A stretch of 64,000 nucleotides of DNA from the human T2T-CHM13v2.0 reference genome, Homo sapiens. This document shows, in pieces, positions 1 through 26,448 of this stretch (its first letter is position 1; the number at the start of each line of letters is the position of its first letter). The stretch is from NCBI RefSeq assembly GCF_009914755.1, contig NC_060931.1; one strand, given 5' to 3'. The notes beneath the pieces are model-generated. The model had not been told where the DNA came from and ran no database searches. It was given only the letters and a program-made list of their open reading frames with translations. The translations under genes were made by a program, and so were the position numbers.

Positions 1-282
1 TCATCTCATTTTGCAATCACAGTGACACCAAAAGGGCATGGCTGTTCAGCAGGGTTTTAAATGCGCCACCAAGGCAGTGTCACTTAGATTAGATGGAGAT
101 GGATTGCCTTGTAAGGACTTTTTCTTTGGGACTCTGAGCACCAACCGAAAGGATCACAAGGCAGGACTTCATTGTTTCTTGGGAGCAGAGAGTTGAGTTC
201 AGGTCTAGCCTTATATTGTTTTTCAAGCTCTGCTTCTCATCTTGTGCATCGGCAACCTACCTCGATGTTTAAAAAAAAAAAA

Positions 283-745
<463 letters not shown>

Positions 746-818
746 AAACTATCAGGACGACGACGGCATTAATAAAAACACAAGAAGAACCAAGACCACA
801 CATATAAAATAAGACATA

Positions 819-824
819 TTTATT
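819..824 (-). terminator. FAM220A: Polyadenylation signal (AATAAA) of the SMIM10L3/FAM220A mRNA; cleavage probably near 800-805
   Basis: Plus-strand tttatt at 819-824, with further copies at 841-846 and 987-992. It is followed on the minus strand by a GU-rich element (tgtgtggtcttggttcttcttgtg, ~802-779) and lies about 950 nt downstream of the FAM220A stop. Confidence 0.7.
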
Positions 825-1768
825 AAGCTAAAGAACAAATTTTATTTTTCATTTTCCCCAAACACTAAAATAGCACATGGCATAGTAATTCAGCACACAG
901 CATAAACTGATATATGCAATCGATAATCCCGAAAATGTTTAAGTTTCACTTTGGGAGTCTTTAAAAACTTATGTCCTTAAATGACCTTTATTAAAGTTAT
1001 CAACAGACGACAACAGGAGTCACCTTGAAAAATTTTAGGGTACAGGATACTGCAATTCTTAGAATCTGGGAAACTTTTTATGTGGGAAATAACTCGATTT
1101 GCTTCTCTGTAACTGAGCTACTTTTTTCTCGAGCTCATTTTTGTTTAAGGTAACACTGCTAGGGTTCTGAGTTTGAGAAGGGATCTTCTAAAGGTAAACT
1201 TAATATTGCAACTTTCACCACAGGGCCTCTGTCTAAATTGCATTTCAAGTGGAAGGAAAGGGGTATGAGAAGTGAAATCGAATTTTGCTGCAGACCAAAA
1301 TCATTCTACAAAATGTAGACATGGTAACAGCTTACCACGAATTCAGCAAGATTTAACGCCAAGTACAGTGGTGTAGACTTTACAAGTATCCACTTCCATT
1401 GGGTGATCAGACAAGTCAAAAGGACACACAGGATTTGGGACAGTAGCCCTTTAGAATGGATGTTGAAGACAGAACTTCATGGTAAATCCGTATGTTCTAA
1501 TCTGGTATTTATACAGGCTATGATCGTCTCCTGAAATGTTTCCCAATTCTTTATATGTCTTTTAAAGCACAATTTAACACATGCCAAAAAAGTTCCTTCC
1601 GCATCAACTGGCTTTGAATTTAAACTCAATTTACTTTAAGTCTGCCAGGTCGTACAAAACTACAGCAGGAACCTAAGGGCTGCACAGTTTGCATCCAGAC
1701 TTAATGCGAAAGAAATCATTCTAAGACAACTCTTAAAATTAATCTATTGGTATTGTTCTGCTTGTACC

Positions 1769-2548
1769 TTAACTATGGCATAATGTATTTGCTAATTCAA
1801 AAGGTTGCAGAGCCAGTAACCCCAGTGTTATCTGCAGACCATCTGAGGTGCTTTTAAGCATTTTCTTGAATTCTATTGTTTGCTTTGAAAACATGGGCTT
1901 TAAACGGTCAAGGAAAATGCGTTTTGTCTCCTCACTCAGGAGCACTTCGGGATACATGTGCAGCGTTGCAGACAGGATGGAGTGCAGGCAAGCGGGTTCC
2001 AACTCAGAGCCCAGACCCTTGGGAAAAGCACTTGGTGGGTCATCCTGAAAACTTCCCATTTCCGGCAGTTTTTGATGGCGTGGCAGTCGTGACACCCGAG
2101 GCTCTCCTTTGGGGCACTGTCCTCTGTGGCCGTCAGTGGCCCTGGGCCCTCCTCCCAGCCAGTCTCGCTGCCCCAGAGCTTCAACACCACTGCAGGACAC
2201 CCGAGCAAAACACTCTGTTGGAGCAGGGAACAAACCCACGGCTGTGCTCGGAGTGGCTGCTGAGGCTGGATTTCTTCTTACTGATTCTCTCACATATGGA
2301 AGCACTGGGCCGCCACTGTGAAGCCAGAGGCCAGCCCCGCTCGGATCCTTTCTCATTTCCAGTGATAATGCCTCACTTTGTGAATTTCCATCAACCACAG
2401 GCTTATTCATCCAGGAGGGTGCATCTGCAGGCCAAGGGCCCTCCGGCATTCTTTTCTTAAGGCTGCATGATAGTTTGTCCGAGTCACCTCCTCCGGCCTG
2501 CTGCACTTGTGCCAGGCAGGTGCCGAGGGGCCCTCTTCTGTCCCTCAT
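1769..2548 (-). CDS. FAM220A: FAM220A (SIPAR/C7orf70), 259 aa, intronless CDS within exon 2
   Basis: ORF MRDRRGPLGTCLAQVQ...ANTLCHS* recognised as FAM220A. ATG at 2548 in agcATGa context (-3 A). The ORF track start at 2584 is an upstream GTG. Confidence 0.93.
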   Translation of the reverse strand: MRDRRGPLGTCLAQVQQAGGGDSDKLSCSLKKRMPEGPWPADAPSWMNKPVVDGNSQSEALSLEMRKDPSGAGLWLHSGGPVLPYVRESVRRNPASAATPSTAVGLFPAPTECFARVSCSGVEALGQRDWLGGGPRATDGHRGQCPKGEPRVSRLPRHQKLPEMGSFQDDPPSAFPKGLGSELEPACLHSILSATLHMYPEVLLSEETKRIFLDRLKPMFSKQTIEFKKMLKSTSDGLQITLGLLALQPFELANTLCHS

Positions 2549-2608
2549 GCTTCGTGTTCTTGGATGCGGTGGGCCTGAGGTCACGCCTTCGTCAGTCTGG
2601 GAGGGCCT

Positions 2609-2629
2609 TCAATGGATCTCAATATGAAC
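2609..2629 (-). CDS. SMIM10L3: SMIM10L3 coding exon 2 (VHIEIH*), at the start of the shared exon 2
   Basis: Acceptor ccctttcctag|GTTCATATTGAGATCCATTGA (AG at 2631-2630). A phase-0 join to exon 1 gives ...LNVRLQ-VHIEIH*, the SMIM10-family C-terminus. Confidence 0.85.
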   Translation of the reverse strand, partial: VHIEIH

Positions 2630-2744
2630 CTAGGAAAGGGAATCAAATTAAAGTTCTAAAATGAAGACACATGGGTCTTAAGAGCATCTACACCCACCAA
2701 ATATTTCCTAACAAACACTGAGATCTTTATGACAGTCTCCAGTA

Positions 2745-9548
<6,804 letters not shown>

Positions 9549-10841
9549 TAACCTCTTCTGGTATTAGACTGTTATACATATTACCTGTATTCTGAGGGCC
9601 ACAAATAACTTCTAAATAATTTCTAGGCATATTTAAGTCATTTATGAGTTTTTTCATAGTTTTTTCTCAGTATGCTAGAGATATATTGTACCAGATAAAA
9701 TATGCCTAAGTGTATACAAAATCAGCTCTTTTTGGCCTCCTCATGCCATGTTAATCCTACAAAATTTAAAAAACAGTGTAAATGATGGTATTACAAACAA
9801 AGGTAGCTACCAAAGCTGAGACCACCAGAATGATGGAAGGAGTCTTCAAGAAAGCATGGTTCAGGAAAAATAAAGTGTAGCCCTGGGTTCCAGAGGGTAA
9901 ATCTTGCAGCCTATACCTCCCTCTGCCTCCCACCAAAGATGACAAAAGCTGAACACAAAGCCAGGGAGGTCACAGGGGCGCCGTGCCAGGGGAAACGAGG
10001 CTGTCCAGGTATACCCGATCCTCACCACAACAGGAGCGGTCACCTTCCTCGCAGATCCCTGCCCAGCTGACCTGCCGGACAACAATGGCCTGACCTACTT
10101 AGCTGTTGCCCTCATGAGTGCCTGTACCCTCACCTTCCCTAACCCAAGCTATTCCTGGCCTCCAGGGCATGACGGTGCTGTTGCTTTGTAAACTAAAAAT
10201 ATCTTGGCCCCAATGTTTCTGAAAGAGGTCTGGCAAGGCTAGTCCCAAAGGGGAGAAGACACAGCTAAAACCAGCAGGGCCGCGGTGGGCCTTGAGGGAC
10301 TGCCGCACGCAAGGAGAGCTCACACACGCTCCCAGATGGGCCAGCTCCACACCCCTCAGGTGTGAACGCTAGCACACCTTAACTCACTGTGCTCATGGCC
10401 CAAATGATCAGACTGGAGGTAGCAGAAACAAACCCCCGGATTTCCACACAGCCTAGAGGAGGAGAAACAGCAATGACCACAGCACTTCTAAATTAGGCTG
10501 AATCATGATCACAAGGAACACACTAACATCACTGAGTTCCTGCTACTCGCCACTTGGCACGTCTAAATCACACCTGATGGCCAGGTGTGGTGGCTCACAC
10601 CTGTAATCCCAGTACTTTGGGAGGCCGAGGTGGGGAGATCACTTGAGCCTAGGAGCCGGAGACCAGCCTGAGCAACACAGCAAGACCCCCATCTCTACAA
10701 AAAATTAAAAAATTAGCTGGGTGTGGTGCACACACCTGTGGTCCCAGCTACTCAGGAGGTCGAGGTGGGAGGATCGTTTGAGCCTAGGAGTTTGAGACCA
10801 GTCTAGGCAACATAGCAAGACCCCATCTCCATAAAAAATAA

Positions 10842-11644
<803 letters not shown>

Positions 11645-12000
11645 TGACTAGCATCCTAAGGGCATCCCAGCTGCTGTCGATCAGAATCAACAGCAGCTAC
11701 TATCATCATCATGACCAAAAGTGTTTCAGGGAAGGACAAAACGCTGCTGAGAGGGTTGGTGCGGTGGAGGACGGAGAAGCGACCACTGCATGTGTGTACA
11801 GACACAGCCCCAACATGGGTAAGTACACTTCAGTAGAAGGGCAGAGGCCGTGCCATACCTGGAGTCGGCTGAAGCACGGAGGCCGTGCTGCACCTGGAGT
11901 TGGCTGAAGGGCAAATACAGACCACCCACAGCTTCCCCAACATTGCCAGGGAGGGAATTCAGGATAACAGACTCGAAGGAGGGCAGGTTGACAATGACTT

Positions 12001-13412
<1,412 letters not shown>

Positions 13413-13558
13413 GAAAACCTTTGATTCAAGATTCTAAAGATTTTCTGCCACACATTCAATGAGCAATCACTCATTAAGAACCTACCCTACGCCAGGTGCC
13501 AGGTGCTGTTCTAGGTGCTGGTATTAGGTTGGTATACCAAGCAGACAGTCTCTTCTTA

Positions 13559-13861
<303 letters not shown>

Positions 13862-13949
13862 TCAGAAGTTGCAGTGAGCCAAGATCACACCATTGCACTG
13901 CAGCCTGGGTGACAAAGCGAGACTCTGTCTCAAAAAAAAAAGTGATCTT

Positions 13950-14660
<711 letters not shown>

Positions 14661-14663
14661 TCA

Positions 14664-14768
<105 letters not shown>

Positions 14769-14785
14769 TCAAAAAAATAATAATA

Positions 14786-14790
<5 letters not shown>

Positions 14791-14834
<44 letters not shown>
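14791..14834. repeat. (AT)22 microsatellite
   Basis: Perfect AT repeat following an Alu tail. Confidence 0.95.
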
Positions 14835-14837
<3 letters not shown>

Positions 14838-15272
14838 CTAGGACTAAGAAACACTTCGTTCTTCCCACAGGCCATATAACTGAAAAGTTGTAGGCATGAC
14901 TTGTTAAATTATAGCAGATTCACAGTACCATTTTTAATCTTGCTTTTACTAAATTTAGTATTTGGTATTGATTCCATTTAACTGCCTTGTATTTCAGATT
15001 CTGTATAAATAAGAAGGATGCTAAGAACTCCAGGAGATTAAGGCTTGCTTGCAAATAGTATTTTAAAATCATAACCATTCTCAGTATACAACTGTCTGCA
15101 TCATTTTCTCATTTAATCATCTTTCATCCTAAAGAGGTATTAACCTCCTTAAAATGCCTCACTGCCCTACAAACTAGAGATCTAGGGAGGAGGGGCTCCC
15201 TAAACAAATTTGGAAAATGGAGTTCCTTAGGCCTTATTACTCATGAAACAGATTCTAACATTCCTGCAATGA

Positions 15273-15455
<183 letters not shown>

Positions 15456-16476
15456 TAGTGATGGTGTCTCACTATGTTGCCCAGGCTTCTCAAGCTCCTG
15501 GCCTCAAGCGAGGGTAAAGCATGTTCTGAAGAACAAGAAAAAAAAAAAAAAGGCGTGGGGCTGTCCCCCTTATTCCTTCAGATTCTATTTCCTGTTGTAC
15601 CTCCCTTTACCAGAAAGCCACAAAAATTAAACCTTCAAATCAGGTAAGTTAGTGTTTTTTCACAAATGAACAAAAACTCTAAAACCTGCAGGGGAGTTTA
15701 AAGTAGCAGAGGTAAATATCAAGGCCAAGAAGACAGACACCCCACTCCCCACCCCCATGATGTGACATGGCTGCTTGTTGCACTTGGTCAAGCCCAAGCC
15801 TACAATCTTCACACTTGTGTCTTTTTTTACAGACGGGGTCTTGCTCTGTTGCCCAGCCTGGAGTACAGTGGTACAATTATAGCTCACTGCCTCCTCGACC
15901 TTCTGGCCTCAAGTGATCCACCTCAGTCTCCCAAGTAGCTGGGACTATAGGCATGCACCACCACGCCCAGCTAATTTTTGTATTTTTTGTAGAGACGGAG
16001 TTTCGCCCTGTTGCCCAGGCTGGTCTCAAACTCCTCAGTTCAAGTGATCCTCCCACCTTGGACTCCCAAAGTGCTGGGATTACAGGGTTGAGTCACGGCA
16101 CCTGGCCCACTCAATTCTTTTTTTTAAATTTTATTATTATTTTTTTGGAGACGGAGTCTCACTGTGTTGCCCAGGCTGGAGTGCAATGGCACGAACTTGG
16201 CTCACTGTAACCTCCACCTCCCAGGGTTCAAGTAATTCTCCTGCCTCAGCCTCCCAAGTAGCTGGGATGACAGGCGCATGCCGCCATGCCCGGCTAATTT
16301 TTGTATTTTAGTAGAGATGGGGTTTCACCATGTTGGCCATGCTGGTCTCAAACTCCTGACCTCAGGTGATCTGCCTGCCTCAGCCTCTCAAAGTGCTGGG
16401 ATTTACAGGCGTAAATCCCACCACGCCCGGCCACTGCGCCCGGCCAGAGTTTAGCTTTCTTTTAGAAATGACATGA

Positions 16477-16810
<334 letters not shown>

Positions 16811-17098
16811 TGATTTGTTTTTTAGAAGTTGCCTCTGATTGCTTGGTGGAGATGGCAGATACTACAATAGTCCAGGCGAGTGGATACAGTAGGGTAGACT
16901 AGAGAGGTGGTTATAAATAGAGAAGCAGATATATGAAAAAGGTAACTGTTTCAATGGTAAAGAGCATACCAATTTTCACCAAAACAGCATCATGTAGCAG
17001 GTTTTCTCTTATAGCCATTCTTGTGATTTTTACAAATGACTGCAAATTACGTTACTCTAGACAAAAAGGGGAGTACAGGAGCCAAATACAGCCTGTAG

Positions 17099-17470
<372 letters not shown>

Positions 17471-17777
17471 TAAAAATCCGGATTGGAAATCTAAAAATCT
17501 TGACTTCTGATTTCTCTTGGTGCTGACTAGATACGGCAAATACTGGGCCCCTATTTTCGAAGGTGGTAACTGGGGAGGGCTCAGGCCTTCTCGTTTACCA
17601 GTCCCCTGAACTGACACAGGAGCACCCTTCACTCAATTCAAGCCACCTGGTGGAGGTTTTGACCCCTCTAATCAGGTATAATTTCAGAATGCTACAAGCC
17701 CTTGATCACATGACAGTACCTCAATTTGGACCTCAAAATAAAGAGGCCAGTTAATCTCAACTCATTTACTTACTTGA

Positions 17778-17933
<156 letters not shown>

Positions 17934-18798
17934 TAATTTTTTGTATTTTAGTAGAGACAGGGTTTCACCCTGTAGCCCAGGGTGGTCTCAAACTCCTGAG
18001 CTTAAGCGACGCAGACACCTTGGCCTCCCAAAGTGTTGGGATTACTTACAGGAGTGAGCTACTGTGCCCAGCCATCTTAACTCAATTTGGATCAACAGCC
18101 GGTGTTAGGTTTCATGTTAATTACCATCACCTGTGTCAGGCACCAGCCACCTGAAGACCTGCTACTGGGACAATCATACTTTGATATGGCCAAACCGACG
18201 TTAGAAAGGGACGGCACCTGCAGTGTGGTGGTTCTACTGCTCAGACTGGTTCATTCTGCACGCCAGGGAGCAACCCAAGGACCGTCCAACTGTAAACTCC
18301 CCAAAGGAGGGTCCCTCCTTCAGCACAGAGGTATGCAAATGGAATGCAAGAGGGGCTCAGGACTTGGCCAGCTTTCTTTGAGAAAGAATTCTCGAGTTGA
18401 CAACCTTTCCTTCCACTAGAAAAAGTCATCTGAGGCTGGGCTCACTGGGTTCTGACTGTAATCCTAGTGCTTTGGGAGGGCAAGGCAGGAGGATCACTTG
18501 AGGCCAGAAGTTCAAGACCAGCCTTGGCAACATGGGAAGACCCTGTCTCTACCAAAAAGGAAAATATAAAAGAAAGAAAAAGGCAACTGGAATTCAAGGG
18601 ATGTAGAAATATCAGTCTCTTGGCTGGGCGCTGTGGCTGACGCCTATAATCCCAGCACTTTGGGAGGTCGAGGCGGGCAGATCACTTGAAGTCAGGATTT
18701 TGAGACCAGCCTGGCCAACATGGTGAAAACCCAACTCTACTTAAAAATACAAAAATTAGCCTGGCGTGGTGGCGGGCACCTGTAGTCCCAGCTACTCA

Positions 18799-18900
<102 letters not shown>

Positions 18901-19271
18901 TCAGGGAAAAAAAAAAAAGAGATACCAATTTTTTACAGCAAAGGCGGTCTCCAGGGTGCTGGGGTGTGAGCATACTCTAAGATCAGCTGAATGGTTCCAG
19001 GCCTCTGAGACGTTTTGTGCTTCCACGTCTTCCACTTTATTTTCCCTGGTCTTCACCCTCACAACTCAGTTCCACCTCTGGCCAAAATACGGTACATTTA
19101 TCAAAACGCTGTTAACTTCCAATCCATTTTTAGCTTCAAGGATAACATAAAACGTCTATGCAGGCCAGATGTGGTGGCTCATGCCTATAATCCCAGCACT
19201 GGGAGGCCAAGATGGGAGGATCTCTTGAGGCCAGGAGTTCGAGACCAGCCTGGGCAACATAACGAGACCCC

Positions 19272-19319
<48 letters not shown>

Positions 19320-19321
19320 GA

Positions 19322-19480
<159 letters not shown>

Positions 19481-19868
19481 TAGTAGAGACGGGGTTTCTC
19501 CGTGTTGGTCAGGCTGGTCTCGAACTCCTGACCTCAGGTAATCCGCCCGCCTCAGCCTCCCAAAGTGCATTACAGGAGTAAGCCACCGCGCCCGGCCGAG
19601 ACCCGTCTTTACAATTAAAAATAAGGGGGGGGGTTGCAAAGTTTGGGAACTAGAAAATTCACCCAACATTTAATAAAGGTCCTCTTCAACACCTTTCCAG
19701 CCCATGCAGTCTCGGACCCCACCTCCCGAGCTGCGGGACCTTCCCCAAGGCAAGTCGCTTAACCTGACCCCCAGTGCCGCGTTTGCAGAACGGGGATAAG
19801 GACCACCTCAGTGGATCTCCCCAAAGTAGGGTCGCACGGGAAAATGCACGGTGCTTGACATACACTCA

Positions 19869-20255
<387 letters not shown>

Positions 20256-20358
20256 CTAGACCGGCGGGCGGGCGGGCCGCAGTGGAGCGGAGTCCGCACG
20301 TCACGCTCGGAGAAGTGCCTCCGCGAGCAGCCGCCTGTACCAGCCTGGCCGCGCAGCC

Positions 20359-20366
20359 TGACGTCA
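20359..20366. promoter_or_regulatory. Perfect CRE (CREB/ATF) palindrome TGACGTCA
   Basis: Exact palindrome in the CpG-island promoter; an additional half-site cgtca lies near 20299-20303. Confidence 0.7.
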
Positions 20367-20447
20367 CAAAGCCAGCCACGCGCCTGCGCGGCCCACAGGC
20401 CCCGCCCCTGGACACGCCCTTGCCACCTTTCTTTTTGGCAGGTAAGA

Positions 20448-20459
20448 CGCGCATGCGCG
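20448..20459. promoter_or_regulatory. NRF1 motif, perfect palindrome CGCGCATGCGCG
   Basis: Matches the NRF1 consensus GCGCATGCGC; a second variant cgcgcctgcgcg is at 20379-20390. Confidence 0.7.
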
Positions 20460-20544
20460 GGAGAGGAGGCGTGGGGGTCGAGGCTGATGCGCTGTCTCCG
20501 TCCGCCCCCTACTGGTGAGTCTGAAAATGAAGACAAAGGGAGGC

Positions 20545-20623
20545 GATGGACGGTAGCGACGGTTGCAGACAAAGTGAATGTATTTAACGCCGCTGAACTA
20601 TACATTTAAAAATGGTTGCAGTA
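20545..20623 (+). mobile_element. L1MB-like 3'-end fragment at the edge of the CpG island
   Basis: gatggacggtagcgacggttgcagacaaagtgaatgtatttaacgccgctgaactatacatttaaaaatggtt resembles the L1MB terminal consensus. Confidence 0.6.
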
Positions 20624-20957
<334 letters not shown>

Positions 20958-21962
20958 TTATTTGAGATGGAGTTTCGCTCTTGTTGCCCAGGCTGGAGTG
21001 CAATGGCATGATCTCGCCTCCTGCAACCTCCGCCTCCCGAGTTCAAGTGATTCCCCAGGCTCAGCCTCCTGAGTAGCTGGGATTACAGGTGCACGTCACC
21101 ATGCCCAGCTAATTTTTGTATTTTTAGTAGACAGGGGTTTTCACCATTTTGGCCAGGCTGGTCTCGAACTCCTGACCTCAGGTGATCTGCCCACCTCGGC
21201 CTCCCAAAGTGCTGGGATTAGCATTTTTTAAATAAATCAAATAAAATAGGCCAGTTGCGGTGCCCGACTCCTGTAATCCCAGCATTTGGGAGGCCAAGGC
21301 AGGTCCATCCTTTGAGCCCAGGAGTTCAAGACCAGCCTGGGCAACATAGCAAAATCCTGTCTCTACAAAAAGTGAAAAAAACTAGCCGGGCATGGTGGTG
21401 CACGCCTGTGGTCCCAGCTACTTGGGAGGCTGAGGTGAGAGGAATCCTTGAGCCCAGGAGTTCAAGGCTGCAATGTGGTATGATCACACCAGTGTACTCC
21501 AGTCTGGAAAACAGAGTGAGAACCTGTCTCAAAAAAAAAAAAAAAAAAAAACCTTTAGTTTCCCTTATTTTTGCAGCATTATATTTTGCCACATTTATCA
21601 TTGACATTAAAAAGCTCACTTCCTTTTTTTGGAAGCTATTTTTTCCTTTCAGTGCACATTGCATGCCCTCCTTGAGCACCGCAGTGCACATGCTGCAGAA
21701 TTGTTGTTTTTCAAGCTATCCTCTTGATAAAAAGTAGAATGAAAATGTCTTTATGCAGTATCTAGGCAAATAATTTAAACATTTTAAAGGGTAGAGTCTT
21801 CAGTGGAACATTTGCCAGAAAACACAGAATCAATCTGGTAATGTGTAAACAGGCTTGAAGATCAGCTAAATTTATTCTTAGGCTTGTAGAGATTTTCACT
21901 GGTGGAAGTTTGTCAGTCCTGTTTATTTGAACTATGTGGAAAGACCAGATGGGCTGAGGTAA

Positions 21963-22404
<442 letters not shown>

Positions 22405-22624
22405 TGAGTAGCTGGGATTACAGGCATGCACCACCACGCCCGGTTAATTTTGTATCTTTTAGTAGAGATGGGGTTTCTCCATGTTGGTCAGGCTGGTCTT
22501 GAACTCCCAGCCTCAGGTGATCCGCCTGCCTTAGCCTCCCAAAGTGCTGCGTTTACAGGCGTGAGCCACCACGCCTGCCTCATGCTCGGCTAATTTATTT
22601 TTATTTTATTTTATTTATTTATTA

Positions 22625-22675
<51 letters not shown>

Positions 22676-23300
22676 GGTAGAGATAGGCTCTCACTATGTT
22701 GCCCAGGCTGGTCTGGAATCCCTGACCTCAAGCCATCCTTCTACCTAGGCAGAGAGTTATTTTAACAAGCCATTCGGTTGCTGTAAACAATGGCAAGCAA
22801 AATTACCACAACGCTAAACTGGGCAAGGTAAGAAGCCTGTTGTAATGAGATGCAATGAGAGGTCAAAGAGACACATGGGAAAGCTAACAATATTTGAGGT
22901 ATATCTGGGTTAATTGTTCCAAACTACAGTGCCGGCTGGGAAATCAGCCTAGGTTCCTGACCTAGCATTCAGCTCAGCCCAGTGTCACTGAGCATCTTTG
23001 GGAATACATTTTCCTCATTATGGTTTGAGAAACAAACACAGACAGAACTAATTATAAATCAGTGTGAGCCAAACACAGTGGCTCATGCCTGTAATCCCAA
23101 CACTTTGAAAGACCATGGCCTTCAATAATTATCATTATTAAAAATAATATTTTTGTTTTTTGAGACAGAGTCTCATTCTGTCACCCAGGCTGGAGTGCAG
23201 TGGCACGATCTCGGCTCACTGCAACCTCCACCTCCTGGGTTCAAGTGATTCAGCCTCCTGAGTAGCTGGGATTACAGGCACCTGTAATCCCAGCTACTCA

Positions 23301-23465
<165 letters not shown>

Positions 23466-23879
23466 CTACAATCTTCACCCTGCTATGAAAATTGTGTCTC
23501 AGGTGAGAGAAATAGTCAAGGCTTTTTTTTTCTTTTTTTTTTTTTGAGATAGAGTCTCGTTCTGTCACCCATGCTGGAGTGCAATGGCACTATCTCGGCT
23601 CACTGCAACCTCTGCCTCCTAGGTTCAAGCAATTCGCCTGCCTCAGCCTCTTGAGTAGCTGAGATTACAGGCAAGCACCCCCACACCCCACTAATTTTTG
23701 TATTTTTAGTAGAGATGGGGTTTCACCATGGGTTAGCCAGGCTGCTCTCAAACTCTTGACCTCAAGTGATCTGCCTGCCTCAGCTTCCCAAATTTCTGGG
23801 ATTACAAGCATGAGCCACTGAGCCCAGCCAAGCCTTTTTTCTTTTCAGCATGATCTGGTGGTGAGGAAAGCACAGAGAA

Positions 23880-24050
23880 GTCAGGTTTCACATTTAGCAA
23901 TTTCTTGGTGCCCTGTGACCTGGTTCTGTAAAATGAGGATAAGGACAGCCATCCTACTGGGTATTTATGAGAAATAAATGAGATCAGGTATACACGGCAT
24001 TTAGCACAGTCCCAGGCAGATAGAGGACACCGAGAAAGTGGTGGTAGCTA
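23880..24050 (+). mobile_element. MIR SINE remnant
   Basis: ctgtaaaatgaggataa...aaatgagat...catttagcacagtcccaggca is the MIR core. Other MIR remnants lie at ~19750-19870, ~35230-35390 and ~56770-56900. Confidence 0.65.
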
Positions 24051-24726
24051 TTTTCTTTATCTTTTCTTTCCTTTTTTTTTTCTTTTTCTTTCTTTCTTTT
24101 TTTTTTTTTTTTTTTTTTTTGAGACAGAGCCTGGCTCTGTTGCCCAGGCTGGAGTGCTGTGGTGAAATCTAGGCTCACTGCAACCTCCACCTCCCAAGTT
24201 CAAGCGATTCTCCTGCCTCAGCCTCCCAAGTAGCTGGGATTACAGGCGCCCACCACCACGCCCAGCTAATTTTTGTATTTTTAGTAGAGATGGGGTTTCA
24301 CCATGTTGGCCATGCTGGTATTGAACTCCTGACCTCAAGTGATCTGCCCACCTCAGCCTCCCAAAGTGCTGGGATTACAGGAGTAAGCCACCGCGCCCAG
24401 CCTCTCCTGCCTCATTTCTTTTTTTTTTTTTTGAGACAGGATCTGGCTCTGTTGCCCAGGTTGGAGTGCAGTGGCAGGTCTCAGCTCACTGTAGCCTCAA
24501 CCTCTTAGGCTCAAGCGATCCTCCCAGCACAGCCTCCCAAGTAGCTGAGATTATGGATGCACACTACTACACCCAGCTGCTGATTTTGTTTTTGTGTTTG
24601 TTTTTGTGGAGACGGGGATTTGCTAGGTTGCCCAGGCTGGTCTCAAACCCCTGGGCTCAAGTGATCCTCCCGCCTTGACCTCCCAAAGTGCTGGGATTAC
24701 AGGTGTGAGCCACCGCGCCTGGCCTA

Positions 24727-25760
<1,034 letters not shown>

Positions 25761-25915
25761 TTAGAATTGGACTTTGGAACCATGTAAATATTTTCCACAG
25801 TGGTAAAACAAAATTAAATTTCTAAAAAATACATAAAACCTGAAAGCAAAATGAAACAAGTGAAATCTGTATATCCAGTTAGTGATATAACCACACAAAA
25901 AGAAGAACTATTTGA

Positions 25916-26448
<533 letters not shown>

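Noticed and set aside
1876-2460. 194-aa plus-strand ORF antisense to FAM220A
   Set aside because: TTG start, no recognisable homology, and explained as a shadow of a GC-rich CDS.
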